Shown: piece after piece, positions 1 through 17,765 of the stretch
Layout of the letters: each line of letters opens with the position of its first letter
Numbering within the stretch: the stretch's first letter is position 1
Source of the DNA: Salpingoeca rosetta
Lineage: Eukaryota; Protista; Choanoflagellata
Reading direction: 5' to 3'
Length of the DNA: 64,000 bases
Assembly: GCA_033442325.1 (NCBI GenBank)
Contig: JAWQFM010000002.1
Coordinates: 1,081,273-1,145,272 of the forward strand
Notes under the pieces: model-generated
Told to the model about the DNA's origin: nothing
Seen by the model: the letters and a program-made list of their open reading frames with translations, nothing else
Databases searched by the model: none
Translations under genes and position numbers: made by a program

Positions 1-6
1 TGTCAG

Positions 7-237
<231 letters not shown>

Positions 238-404
238 CTCAACCCTTTCCTCTCCCCTCTCCCTCTCTCCCTCTTCCCTCTCCCCTCGTCCCCTCTCCCC
301 TCCCCCCCCATCACTCGCTCGTGAATCCCCACCCAAGCCTGCTCACTCGTGCTCACCTCCTCACCTCCTCCGATCCCCCCCTCCCAACCACTCGCACAAC
401 ACAG

Positions 405-4540
<4,136 letters not shown>

Positions 4541-4609
4541 CAGTGCAGTGCCACAATTTCATAAAAACACCAACAGTGGACACGAACATACACCACCATG
4601 CATCATCAT

Positions 4610-4767
<158 letters not shown>

Positions 4768-4997
4768 CCACTCACGCCTGCGTGTCAAATGTCAAATCGC
4801 CAGTCATCATTTTCACAAGTCACAATCATCTGACGCGATTAATTGGGTTTCTGCTTGAAGATTTTTCTTTTTGGCGCGTAGAAATCGTGCAATTCCTCCA
4901 TTTTCAGCACGCCACTCAAGCGCCCGCGCCAAGCAAGATCACACGCACACTCACAAGGCACAAAGCAAGCAACCCCCCCCCCCCCACACACACAGTG

Positions 4998-6023
4998 ATG
5001 ATGGAGACGCTGCTGCGTGTGGAGGGCATGACCTGCGGGTCGTGCGCGTCGAGCGTCAAGGCGTGCATCGAAAAGGTGATGCAAGGGGAGCCGTTCACAG
5101 CGGACGTCTCCGTGGCGGAAGGAACAGCAATGGTGCAGCACCCAGCTAGTGTCAGCGCCACCGCCATCGCCGAGGCCATCTCAGACATCGGCTTTGATGC
5201 GCGTGTTGTGTCATCCAGCAACACGCAAGGTGACACCACCACCGCCGCCGCCACAACAACGATCGAGTTCAACTCACCCCTCATGCAGGGCTTGCAGGAG
5301 AACATGAGCTTCACACCGGTTGACAACGACCAAAACGAGCAGCAGGCACAGCGGGCTGCCGCCACAACCAACCACGACGACCACGACGACGACACCGATG
5401 GCGACGTGAAGACATCACGCATTAGCGTGGACGGCATGACCTGCCACTCGTGCGTTGGCAACATCACAGATGTCCTCTCCGACACCGCGGGCATCGTCGA
5501 TGTCGACGTCAGCTTGCAGGACAAGCTGGCCACCGTGAAGCACACCACGGCGATCAGCGCCCAGGCCATCGCAGACAGGATTGACGACATGGGGTTTGGC
5601 GCCGCGCCTCTGGACGCTGACACCGCGTCCGAGGAGGACACGTGCCAGCTGCTGCCCCGCTCCAAGTCGCCAGCAAGTGAAACGAAGAAGGCTGCTCCTG
5701 TCGATCGCGAGGTGCTGCCCGCCGAGGACGAAGACGACGACTCGGACGCCACACGCGAACTGCTGCACTTGCGCATCGAAGGTGTGTGTGTGTGTGGGGT
5801 GGGGTGGGGTTGTGGGGCTGTGTTTGGGATTCTTTGTGTGTGTGTACGTGTGTGTGTGTGTGTACGTGTGTACGTGTGTGTGTGTGTTTGGTTTTTTTTT
5901 TGTGTGTGTGTGTGATGGCTGTGTGTGATTGCTGACTGTATGAGTGGAATCGAGATCATGGGATTGTGTGCATCCGTTTGTGTGCGTGTTCATCTCGGCG
6001 GCTGAGGCGCCTCCACCCTACGG

Positions 6024-6117
<94 letters not shown>

Positions 6118-6452
6118 ACGCGTGCTGGCAGGCATGTCGTGCGCGTCGTGTGTGGCGGCCATTGAGACCCGCGTGGGCAAGTTGCCCGGGGTGCTGCGCG
6201 TCAACGTCGCGCTCCTGGCAGAGTCTGGCGATGTGGTGTATCTCCCAGACAAGATCAGCCCCGACACCATTGTCTCGTGCATCTCCAACGCGGGCTTCCG
6301 CGTGCAGGCCACCCGCTCGAAGGAAACAGACACGGTTGTCCTGTCCATCAACCTGCCCATCAAAAAGAGCGACGCCGACACCATCAAGGTACTGTGCTAC
6401 TGTAGGTGGTGGCTTCCGTGTGTTGGTTTGTGTGCTGAGATTTATGTTTAGA

Positions 6453-6514
<62 letters not shown>

Positions 6515-9166
6515 TGTGTGCTGTTGTTGAGCTGCTGCGTGAACCTTTTTCTGCCACATCCCTCCCCTTTCTTACTGCCACATCCCTCCCCTTTCTTACT
6601 GCCACATCCCTCCCCTTTCTTACTGCCACATCCCTCCCCCTTCTCACTGCACATCCTCCCTCCTCCCTTGCTCACTACACATCACCCTCACCATTGAAAC
6701 ACCAACGAATTGCAGGAGAGGCTGTCGGCGCTGCAGGGGGTGCTGAAGGTGGACGTGGCCGTGTCTGACGCGCGCGTCTCTGTCGGCTACAACTCGTACG
6801 AGACGGGACCTCGCGACGTCCTGAAGTGAGTCTCAGTGCAGGCCAGTCTCTGTGTTGTGTGGTGTATGGTGTGTGCGTGTTGTGTGTGGTGCGTGGTGCG
6901 TGGTGTGTGGTGTGTGTACATATAAATATATATTTTTATACATATATTTGTATATGTATACACACCTCTCTCTCTCTCTCTGTGTCAGCGACATTGCACG
7001 CAACTGCGCGAACGTGTCGCCAAACCCCATCCACAAGACCAACGTGTGCGTTTGCTCACCCCACTTGTTGTTGTGCGCGTGTTGCAGCGCCGTGAACAAC
7101 CTTGGATACGAGGCCGAGCTGGACCACAGCGACCAGCCCGACTACACGCACAAGAGCTCCATCCGCTTCTGGCGCCACACCTTCATCGCCGTCGTTTTCT
7201 TCTTCATTGCCGTGATGATGGTGCGCATGTGGCCAAAGTCGTGGGACGCGCGCATCACGGACGGCCTCTCCGAACGGAACCTGGCCATTCTGCTCATCTC
7301 CCTGGCTGCCTTCATCCCGGGTAAACCGTTTCTCGACTCGGCGCTCGCTTCCGTCCTGCACGGCTCTGCCAACATGGACGTCCTCATCTCCCTCAGCGCA
7401 ATGTAACCCGCTGGCTTCTGTGCGTGTGTGTGTGGGTGTGTGGGTGTGTGTGTCTGTCTGTGTGTCTGTGTGTCTGTGTGTATGGCTGTGTCTCTGTGTG
7501 TGGCGATGTCTCTGTGTGTGTGTGTGTGTGGCCATGTCTCTGTGTGTTCTTGACTCAAGGCGAACTTGTGGTTGCCAGGGACAGGGTATGTTGTCAATTT
7601 GCCAATCAACTGCACGCACTTGCACTAACTCACATACTCACACACACACATATACTCTGCACAGCGCTGCGTTTGTGTATTCGCTTGTTGTGCTGATTGT
7701 GGCCATTGCGTCGCGCGAGGACTCTGGCGGCGGCGACCTCTTCTTCGAGACGGGCATCATGCTCTTCACCTTTATTGCCCTCGGCCGCTACATTGAGCAC
7801 ATTGCAAAGGGCAAGACCTCGGAGGCTCTCTCCCACCTGCTGTCCCTGCAGCCGCCACAGGCGCTGCTGCTGCAAGAGGACGACGACGGCAACGCTGTCG
7901 AGGAGCACATTGCCACCGAGCTCGTTCAGCGCGGCGACAAAATCAAGGTGCGCCGTCTGTCTGTCTGTCTGTCTGTTGTCTATCTGTGTGCCTGTGCCTG
8001 TGCTTGTGTGTGTCTGTCTATGTGTGTGTGTGTGTCTGTCTGTGTGTGTGTGTTTGTGTCTGTGTGTCCGTGTGTGTTCATGTGCCTGTGTCCATGTGCC
8101 TGTGTCTGTGGTGTAGTGTCCATGTGTCTGTGACTTTGTGTCTGTCAATTATTTTCACTACACGGACAATGTCTTCCTTCGTTCGCCCATCACCCCTCTC
8201 CCCCTCCCCATGTCCTTGCCGTCCCATGTACACTTCCTCACACAACCGCCACACTCATGCAGGTGCTGGCTGGGGAGAAGGCGCCCGTGGACGGGCGTGT
8301 CGTTGCCGGGCGCGGCGAAGTGGACGAGTCGATGATCACGGGTGAATCGCGACCCATCACCAAGAACATCGGCGACACTGTCATGGGCGGCACCATCCTT
8401 AAGACGGGCGTGCTCACGTTTGAGGCGACACACGTCGGCAAGGACACCAGTCTCTCGCAGATTGTGCAGCTCATTGAACAGGCGCAGATGTCAAAGGCCC
8501 CGATCCAGCGCATTGCAGGTGCGGCCACTGTTTTGTTCTGTGTGTGTGTAGGCCGGGGGCTTGTGTGTGTGTGTGTGCATGTGTATGCATGTCTGTGCGG
8601 ATGAGTTCGTATTCGTGTGTGTGTGTGCATCTACACATCGCAAGTTCCAGTTGTGGCCTGAACACACACACACACTCACTCACTCACTCACTCACTCACT
8701 CACTCACTCACACACACACACACACTCACACACACTCACACACACACACACACGCCCACACACACTCACTCACTCACACCCGCGCACCCACTCACTCACT
8801 CACTCACAACAACAACGACAGACAAGATTGCTGGGCGCTTTGTGCCTGGCATTGTGCTGATGTCCATCATCACCCTCATCATCTGGCTCGCCCTCCTCAC
8901 CACGGGCACTGTCCACTCGGACGAGTCAGACTCCAAGACGGCCTTCCAGTTTGCCGTTGCCGTGCTCGTAATTGCGTGCCCCTGCGCGCTTGGCCTAGCC
9001 ACTCCCACAGCGGTGATGGTGGGCACAGGCGTTGGCGCACGCTTTGGCGTTCTCATCAAAGGCGGAGAGGCCCTCGAAACAGCCCACAAGGTGTGTGTGT
9101 GTGTGTTGCGTGTTGCGTGTTGCGTGTTGCGTGGTGCGTGTTGTGTGTGTTGCGTGTTGCGTGTTG

Positions 9167-9216
<50 letters not shown>

Positions 9217-10615
9217 TGTGTGTGTGGAGATCTTGCCTTGCCTCAACCTTGTTCAAGTTGCACAACATACCCTTCGCCCGCCGTTTCCTGTGGTCAAACT
9301 CACCTTTTCATGTCGTGTCGCTCGCTGTGTTAAGGTGACGACGATTGTGTTTGACAAGACCGGCACGCTGACCAAAGGCGAACCAAGCGTCACGAAAGTG
9401 GTGGCGTTCAAGAAACCCACGAGCGACGACAACGCCGTCAGCAGCGAAGGCAGCAGCGCGGCCAGGGCCCTTGGAAAGGCGATGAGCGAGGACGAGGTGC
9501 TGCAGCTTGTTGCTTCGGCGGAGGTCGACAGCGAGCACGTGCTTGGGCAGGCGATTGTGGCGCACGCCACGGAGCAGTTTGGGGCTGGCTGCCTGCGCCC
9601 TGCTGCGGACTACACGACGATTCCCGGGCGGGGCATCAGCGCGACCATTGAGGGCGTGGCGGTGCTGGTCGGCAGCCCGTCGCTGCTGGACGAGAGCGGC
9701 ATTGCGGCGAGCGACGACGCGCGGGCACAGGTGCACGCACTGGAGGAGCAGGGCAACACGGTCGTGCTGTGCAGCGCAGACGGCGTGCTTGTCGGGTGCG
9801 TGGCGCTCGCGGACCAGTGCAAGGAGGACTCTGCGCAGGCTGTGCGGGTGCTGCAGAAGCAGGGCCTGCGCACGGTCATGCTCACGGGCGACAACGAGCG
9901 CACCGCCAAGGCCATTGCAGACCAGGTTGGCATTGACACGGTGTTTGCGGGCGTGCTTCCGTCCCACAAGGCGGCCAAGGTGCAGGAGCTGCAGGAGCAA
10001 GGGGAGGTGGTGGCCATGGTTGGTGACGGCATCAACGACGCGCCCGCGCTCGCTGCTGCGGACCTGGGCGTGGCCGTCGGCGCAGGCACGGACGTGGCCA
10101 TTGAGGCCGCAGACGTCGTGCTGATCAAGGACAACCTGCTGGACGTGTTTGTGGCGCTGCACCTGTCCAAGGCAACGGTGCGCCGCATCCACTACAACTT
10201 CATCTGGGCCATTGTGTACAACGCGATTGGCGTGCCCATTGCTGCGGGCGCGCTGTATTCGCTGGGCGTGGTGCTGACGCCGATGATGGCCTCTGGGGCG
10301 ATGGCTGTGTCCTCCGTGTCTGTGGTGTGCTCCTCGCTGTTGCTCCGCCGCTACCGCAGCCCGACGTCGCAGGAGATGGACGACGCCTCCACGCTTGGCC
10401 CGCGCACCAAGCAGCGCACCCTGCTGCAGCGCCTGTTCCCCATGCAGAGCCGTCGCAACGCGCGTCGCGATGGAGGGCGACAGCTGCGGCAGCGACCCCG
10501 GCGCCTGGACCTGCGCTCGCCAACCGTGGATGGCGGGCCGTCGTACCAGCGCGTCGCGTCCACGTCCTCGGTCGTCACCTTCGCCTCTGTTGGCTCCTCC
10601 ACCTCCGAGGTGTAG
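4998..10615 (+). CDS. ATP7: Copper-transporting P1B-type ATPase (ATP7A/ATP7B/CCC2 family)
   Basis: Exons 4998-5781, 6132-6388, 6716-6825, 7088-7402, 7665-7947, 8263-8518, 8822-9090, 9335-10615. HMA motifs GMTCGSC, GMTCHSC and GMSCASC plus a Cys-less fourth HMA. Also [45 protein letters not shown] and MxxSS (MAVSS). Confidence 0.97.
6551..6660 (+). repeat. 24-bp minisatellite CTGCCACATCCCTCCCCTTTCTTA, ~4.5 copies, ATP7 intron 2
   Basis: Three exact copies plus degenerate copies just upstream of the 6715 acceptor. Confidence 0.9.
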
Positions 10616-10770
10616 CCAGCGCGAAAACGAAACGACCGCGTGGTTGTTTGTTTGTGCCTCTTGTGTGACGTTGGTGTGTGTGTGTGTGTGACGTTGGTGA
10701 GTGTGTGTGTGTGTGTGTGTGCGTTTGTGTGTGCGTTTGTGTGTGTGTGTGTGTGCGTTTGTGTGTGTGT

Positions 10771-10817
<47 letters not shown>

Positions 10818-11305
10818 GTGTGTTGTGTGTGTGTGTGCGTTTTATGCGCGTGACGTGCTGAGTGCTTTTGAGTGATGATGTGTCACCTCAGCCCCTATTT
10901 GTTACATGATGTGGTGATCGCTGCCGTTATTGCGTCTTTGCTTATTGTGGCCTCATGCGTGCCTGTGGGCGACGTGGTTCTTTGCTTCTTACCTGCTCTG
11001 TCTTGCCTCGTTGCCTTGTTGCCTGTTGTTCTTCCTTCCTTGCTCTGCTTCTTCCTTCCTGCACTTGCTTGCCATAAACCTTGATGATGACGCAATGCTT
11101 CGTCACAGCATGACGCAATCGAAGCTTTCAAGCAAGCGACAGCGCCCACAAATACGAAATTGCATGATGGGGATGAAGTTGCTCTGTTGCTGCAGCCACA
11201 AGCAACAATGCGTCGCCTCGATTGTTCCATAGTTGGTGGTCAGCGAGTCGTGCTTGCTTCATTTCTTTCTTCCACCACAAGTACACACACACACACACAC
11301 ACAGG

Positions 11306-12879
11306 ATGAACGCTCGCGTGTTTGTTGCGGTGCTGACCGTGCTGCTGAGCTGCTCCACAGCTGGCGTGCTTGCTGAAATCTGCAACCTCAACCGGCCGGT
11401 CGAATGTGCTTCCTTTCAATTCTCATGGTGTGTGTGCCTCTGTGTGTGCCTGTGTGTGTGTGTGTGTGTGTGCCTGTGTGTGTGTATGTGTGTGTGTGTG
11501 TCGTTCTCTGTGTCCATCCGCCTTTGTTGCGTATCTTCCTGTCTTGCCCGTTGACCAAGCCTGTGCCCGCCCCGGTGTTCCATCCCACCTCCCTCTCCCC
11601 CCCCCATTCTCCTCACATCTTTCCCCTCTCCTCCGCCCACTTCCTCGGCTCCCTCTCCTCCACTCATCATCCTCCGCAGCCCGACAAGCTCGCATCACCA
11701 TCATGAGGACTACTGCTGTCGCACTGGAAGCTTCAGTAGCAACCCAAATGGCTGTGATAACGTGAGCACCCTGTCATGTGCACCCGCTGTGTGATGGAGA
11801 CAAGCGAGTGAGGCAAGCAAGGCGACCTGCTTGCTCTCTCTTGTGTCGTTGATGGCTCTGCGTGCTCGTGCGAGCATTCAGCGCCAACAAACCACAACAC
11901 TGCACGCACTCACGCGTGTCTGACGTCGTGTGTTGTAACACACTGCAGGATTGCTGTGACTACTTCCTCTCCGGCCACATCATTGGCGGTAAGTGCGACC
12001 ATGTCGCTGTTGCTTGCTTGCTTGCAGGCAACAACAACAACTGTGCATACACATCTTCACTTGCTGGTTTTCGTTCGCGCCTTCGCTTGCGTTGCAACTT
12101 TGGCTCACACGTCTTCACGTCCACGCAAACACACCACACACACGCACACACACGCACACACGCACACACCACATCCATACACGCACACACACACGCACGC
12201 ACACTAAATCCATACACACACGCACACGCACGCACACCACATCCATACACAACACGCCCCCCCCCACACACACACATCCACGTCTCCTGTCTTCATGTCT
12301 CTGCAGCCATTGTGGGGACCATTTTCTTCGTTCTGATCGTCTGTAAGTCCCCGTCAAGTGCAAGCCTGCAAGCGTTGTGTTGTGTTTCCACCATCACTGC
12401 CTCAACAACCACTCACAAGCCAGCAACTCCCCCCCCCCAACCCCAAACAGCTGCTGTTGTCCCAGTTTCGCCCCCACTCCCATGTCCTCTACAATCATCT
12501 CACAGACCCTCTTCACCCCCCCCCCTTCGCCTTCTTTTCTCTCCCCTCAGCTGCCATCATGTACTGCTGCTATGCTGGGGTCTTGTGCTTTGCCGGGCGC
12601 GATGCACGCGACGGCAACGCAACCGTCATCACCACCACCACGACCAGCCCGCCCGTGGCTTCCAGCTCACAGCCGCCGCCGTACTCCCAGTACCCGCAGG
12701 CGTCCCCTCCTCAAGGCTACCCTCCACAGGGCTACCCAGCGCAGGGCTATCCACAGCAACAACAACAACAAGGCTACTACCCTCAACAGCAACAAAGCTA
12801 CCCACCACAGCAACAACAACAAGAACAGAACCTTGCATACCCACCACAGCAACAGCAGCCGTATGACAAACCCTACTGA
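11306..12879 (+). CDS. Shisa-like/STMC6-type single-pass membrane protein (~202 aa): signal peptide, Cys-rich ectodomain, TM, juxtamembrane Cys, PPPY and Q/G/Y/P-rich tail
   Basis: Exons 11306-11427, 11680-11761, 11949-11988, 12307-12342, 12551-12879 splice in frame (609 nt): MNARVFVAVLTVLLSCSTAGVLA-EICNLNRPVECASFQFSCPTSSHHHHEDYCCRTGSFSSNPNGCDNDCCDY-FLSGHIIGAIVGTIFFVLIVSAIMYCCYAGVLCF...SQPPPYSQYPQ...QGYPP...PYDKPY*. Confidence 0.8.
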
Positions 12880-13272
12880 GAAGCCATGGAACTTGCGCGC
12901 GATTGGAAGCTGCACGTATGCCTTGATGTGATGCTTTTGTTGGACTCGGGCTGACAGGCGTTCGAGGACGCCATCAACTGCCCACTCCTCAACTCCCGTG
13001 AACCCCCCCCCCCCTTTTCCTTGCTGTGATTGTTTCATGCATGCTGTACACTGATGCACGTGTTGTTCGTTTATTGCGTGGACAGCAGCCTGTTAACATC
13101 GTGTTCTGCCTGGTGCACTGTATCCCTTGCCTCTGTTATGCGAGTCGCACCTCTTTGCCAGCGCTCCAATCCATAGTAGACATTTTTGTGAAGTGAGACA
13201 AGACATGAAACAAAACCGACAACAAACACCAACGCACAATATACGCATCCAAGCTAGCCGATGTGCGAGTGT

Positions 13273-13436
13273 TTACGACGTGGAAGGGGCCGGTGTTGCT
13301 TCTGCCGACGCATCCTCGGCGGGATGGTGGAGCTTTGTCAACTTGTCCATAATGGCAGACTGCACACGCTCAAGGAGCAAAGCAAGTGTGAGTGTGGAAG
13401 GCTGGGAGGTGGAGGAGGCCTGAGGGAAACGAACAA

Positions 13437-13489
<53 letters not shown>

Positions 13490-14052
13490 GTTAAGTACAC
13501 ACCAGGATTGGGTTGCCGCCGAGTTTTGCGATGAGATCGCGTGCTTGCACTTCCAGGCGGTTCAGCTCTTTCATCTGCACGCCACACACAAAGCAGTATG
13601 AGCTGTTGAGGGCGTGCACACAACGCAGATGGACGCACTGAACACAGGTGCACAGTGATGCGCACATAGTGTGATCCGTGCACATGCAGAGAAGCACTTC
13701 CATGAACACACACACACACACACACACAACACGCACCGTGTAGTCGAAGGAGCCCGTTCGCTTCATGCAGTCGAGGCAGTGGCGCTTGAGATCCACGTCT
13801 GTTGTGCGCTGCTTCAGAATGTTCAGCAGCTGCCGGTCGTGCGGTGTGCTGTGTCGCGCAATTGTCCGTGCATAGAAGTGGGCAGAATGAGTATGGGTGC
13901 TGGGAATGGCTTGTCATAGCTTGTCATGGCTTGTCATGGCTTGCCATCCACAACACCCCACGAACACGCGTGAACACGAGAATGCACAATCACCGCCTCA
14001 CAGTCACAACACGCAAGCACACAAGCACACAAGCACACACACACACACACAC

Positions 14053-14093
<41 letters not shown>

Positions 14094-14440
14094 ACGGCAA
14101 CTCACGCTCGGATGCTGTGGATGATGGGGAAGCTGAACTTGCCCTCTGTAATGTCCTCACAGAAGCTCTTGTTGTCTTCGTACTGGTGACATGACAATGG
14201 AAAAGGAACAGCAGACACAAGGCACGAGCGTAAGCCTGGTTCGTTAACCACTCTTGTATGTACCACTGTTGAACAGATAGCATCCACGATCAAGAAAACA
14301 GGTGCAACGTACCTCCTTTGACTGCAAGTTTGCATAGTCGTCTCGGATTTGGAAATACAGCCCAAACGCATTCAAAAGCGGGGTGTAATCTCTGGTGGTG
14401 GTGATGCGCGAGTGTGGCATGTGTCAGAGTGTGTGGATCC

Positions 14441-14512
<72 letters not shown>

Positions 14513-15067
14513 NNNNNNNNNNNNNNNNNNNNNNNNNNNNNNNNNNNNNNNNNNNNNNNNNNNNNNNNNNNNNNNNNNNNNNNNNNNNNNNNNNNNNNNN
14601 NNNNNNNNNNNNNNNNNNNNNNNNNNNNNNNNNNNNNNNNNNNNNNNNNNNNNNNNNNNNNNNNNNNNNNNNNNNNNNNNNNNNNNNNNNNNNNNNNNNN
14701 NNNNNNNNNNNNNNNNNNNNNNNNNNNNNNNNNNNNNNNNNNNNNNNNNNNNNNNNNNNNNNNNNNNNNNNNNNNNNNNNNNNNNNNNNNNNNNNNNNNN
14801 NNNNNNNNNNNNNNNNNNNNNNNNNNNNNNNNNNNNNNNNNNNNNNNNNNNNNNNNNNNNNNNNNNNNNNNNNNNNNNNNNNNNNNNNNNNNNNNNNNNN
14901 NNNNNNNNNNNNNNNNNNNNNNNNNNNNNNNNNNNNNNNNNNNNNNNNNNNNNNNNNNNNNNNNNNNNNNNNNNNNNNNNNNNNNNNNNNNNNNNNNNNN
15001 NNNNNNNNNNNNNNNNNNNNNNNNNNNNNNNNNNNNNNNNNNNNNNNNNNNNNNNNNNNNNNNNNNN

Positions 15068-15141
<74 letters not shown>

Positions 15142-15717
15142 AAACACGGTTGCACCAGAGTGCGACCTACCGTGAGTCATCGCTGAAGAGCTGCATGATT
15201 TGCACGGCAAGCTGGAACAGCCCGCCCGTCTCTGTGCAACGATGATACAACAGGATGCGGTCAGCAACGCATACAGCTCGTGCAAGTGCGCAAGCAACAT
15301 ATTCGCACGTATACGTGTACGAGTGCACATTTGCCAACCAAACGCACCAACATCACACACATACACACACACACATCATCCGCATACACACACACACCAT
15401 GCACACACCATACACACATGTGCTGGGTGACTCACTTCTGAGGACCATGGTTCGATACTCGTCCTCGGTCGGACACACAAATGCGTCGCGCCAGTAGATG
15501 TCCATGCCCTGGCCACGGTGCAGCTCCAACAGCTGATCTGCAATGACGACAGGCATGAATCACACCATCGTAAGCAACACACACGCACGCGCTCACATGA
15601 GGAGAGAAAGAGCAGAGGTTGGCTGCATGTGCATTGCATTGAGCTGGGGATGATGTTCGTACCTGTGAACACCTGCGCTGCATCAGGGTGTCCCAGCGCC
15701 GCAATCTGTTGAATGTT

Positions 15718-15748
<31 letters not shown>

Positions 15749-16114
15749 CGAGTGGGTGTAAGTGAGCGAGTGATTGGACGAGATACTGTGTATGCTACAT
15801 GACTATGTGCAAGTGTGTGCGTGTGTGAGAGTGAGAGAGGATATGAGAGGCGCTGTGTATGTTGCACAAGTGAGCCTTCGTGGGTGCGGTCAGAAGCCCG
15901 CGTCTTACCTCTGCCATTGCTTTGAAATACATGTAGTTGGCGCAGTTGATGGTTTGCGCGACCCCATACACGCTGTGTGCGACTGGGTGGATAGCGAAGC
16001 AAGAAAGTGTGAGTCAGGTGGTCGTGAGGGTGCGTGTGCGTGCATGTGCGTGTGCGTGTGCACATGCGGGTGTACATATTGCGTGTGTGCGTGTGTACAT
16101 ATTGTGTGCGTGTG

Positions 16115-16145
<31 letters not shown>

Positions 16146-16468
16146 GGACACAGCAGCAGCAGCAGCATGTGACTGGCGTCAATGGCCGATGTTGTGCTGC
16201 AGCACAGCAATTGATAAATGGGCAAGGCAGCATCGAGCGGCTCACCAGGAATGCCACGGCGCAACTTGCTGTTGTCCTCAATATCGTCAATCCTAATGCG
16301 AGGGAGGGAGGTGGGGGTTGCATAGGCGCACAGAAAAGCATGAGACGCATCACACACAAGACCGGGATGGCAGGAAGGACGGACGAACGTGTGTGGGCGT
16401 GTGGATGTGTGTGCGTGTGGCGTATGGTTGCATGGTTGCATCCATGAGATCAGCTGTCCACACCACAC

Positions 16469-16499
<31 letters not shown>

Positions 16500-16787
16500 T
16501 TACACACGCACTTACACACTCACACACACATGCACAGTCACACTTACAGGAGGGATGCGTTGTGGAGGATCTTGGTGACTGATTTGATCTTGGAAAGCTT
16601 GTCATCTGGAACCTTGAGCCAGAGGTTGAAGGCTTGGATGAGCTGGCTGCGGATATCCTTGCCTGGGATTTGGGTAATGTAGTTGTACGGCTCTTGCAGG
16701 ATCTAACAAACACATGCAGGAGAGTGCGCGCACATGTGAGTGAATTGGGGGATGTTGTGGGGTTGAGGACTGCCGCATAAATGGAAC

Positions 16788-16873
<86 letters not shown>

Positions 16874-16958
16874 GCCGAACCTCTTCCTCGCGACTGGAGA
16901 CTTGGAGTGGTGGGCTTGGTGCGTCGTCGCGTGGCTCCCCCCTCTTGCTTTCGCTCAT
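13273..16958 (-). CDS. GGPS1: Geranylgeranyl diphosphate synthase (type III), interrupted by N gap
   Basis: [28 protein letters not shown]|[13 protein letters not shown] (FARM), [51 protein letters not shown] (SARM region), LGGNP. The KTG/FQIRDDY part falls in gap 14513-15067. Confidence 0.95.
14513..15067. other. Assembly gap hiding GGPS1 exon(s)
   Basis: N run flanked by (GT)n. Confidence 1.
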
Positions 16959-17382
16959 GGTGGTGTAAGCGTGTGTGTGTGTGTGTGTGTGTGCGTGTGT
17001 CTAGCTGCTGTGTCTTGGGTAAATGAATGGAGGTGGTGAAGGCGAGCGAGAGAGAGAGAGAGTGTGTGTGTGTGTCTGTGTGTCTGTGGCTGCGCACTTG
17101 GGGTGAGTGTGTCTGCTTGCTTGGTTGGTGTGTCAGCAGAGTGGCCAAATCCGTTTCTTCTTCGCTCCAAACAGCCAAAAATAGGCACAAGCAGCAGCTT
17201 GACGAGGGCGACTTGATGATGGTGAGATCACAACATGTTACACGTGGTGGCAGCTTGTCGTGTTTATTCGGCTTACGCTCCCGTCATCCCCTTTCTCCCT
17301 CTCCCTCTCCCTCTCTCGTTCTACTCACACCCACACACCCACACACCACCAGCACCACCTGTCACATCACACCACACTCAAC

Positions 17383-17666
17383 TCATGCAAACAAGGATGG
17401 GAGCATGGATGTGACGAGGGTGAGGGCGGTCCAGTGCATGCCATTCAAGGACACTTGTTCCCGCTGCTGCGCTTGTGGCTGTTGCTCTTGCGACGCCTGC
17501 TGTTGGCGTTGCGCTGTGGAGGAGTTAGGGGAGGAGGAGGACGTTGGTGATGCTGCAAACCGCTTTGCGACCTCCACCAGCGCTGCAAACGTGCGGGGCT
17601 CGTGGATGGACAGCTCACTCAGCACTTTCCGGTTTAGCGCCACATCCGCCTTTACGTGAGTTCGTG

Positions 17667-17765
<99 letters not shown>

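Noticed and set aside
4870-4878. E2F-like site TTTGGCGCG upstream of ATP7
   Set aside because: Single short match with no functional rationale or second copy.
9253-10691. Overlapping and antisense ORFs on the last ATP7 exon (also on NEDD4 28211-29157 and ZNF277 22970-24100)
   Set aside because: Expected shadows of GC-rich coding sequence; no motifs or splice support.
10872-11232. Hydrophobic short ORFs between ATP7 and the Shisa-like gene; similar ORFs at 39050-39520
   Set aside because: T/G/C-rich UTR-like composition, no motifs and no convincing exon structure.
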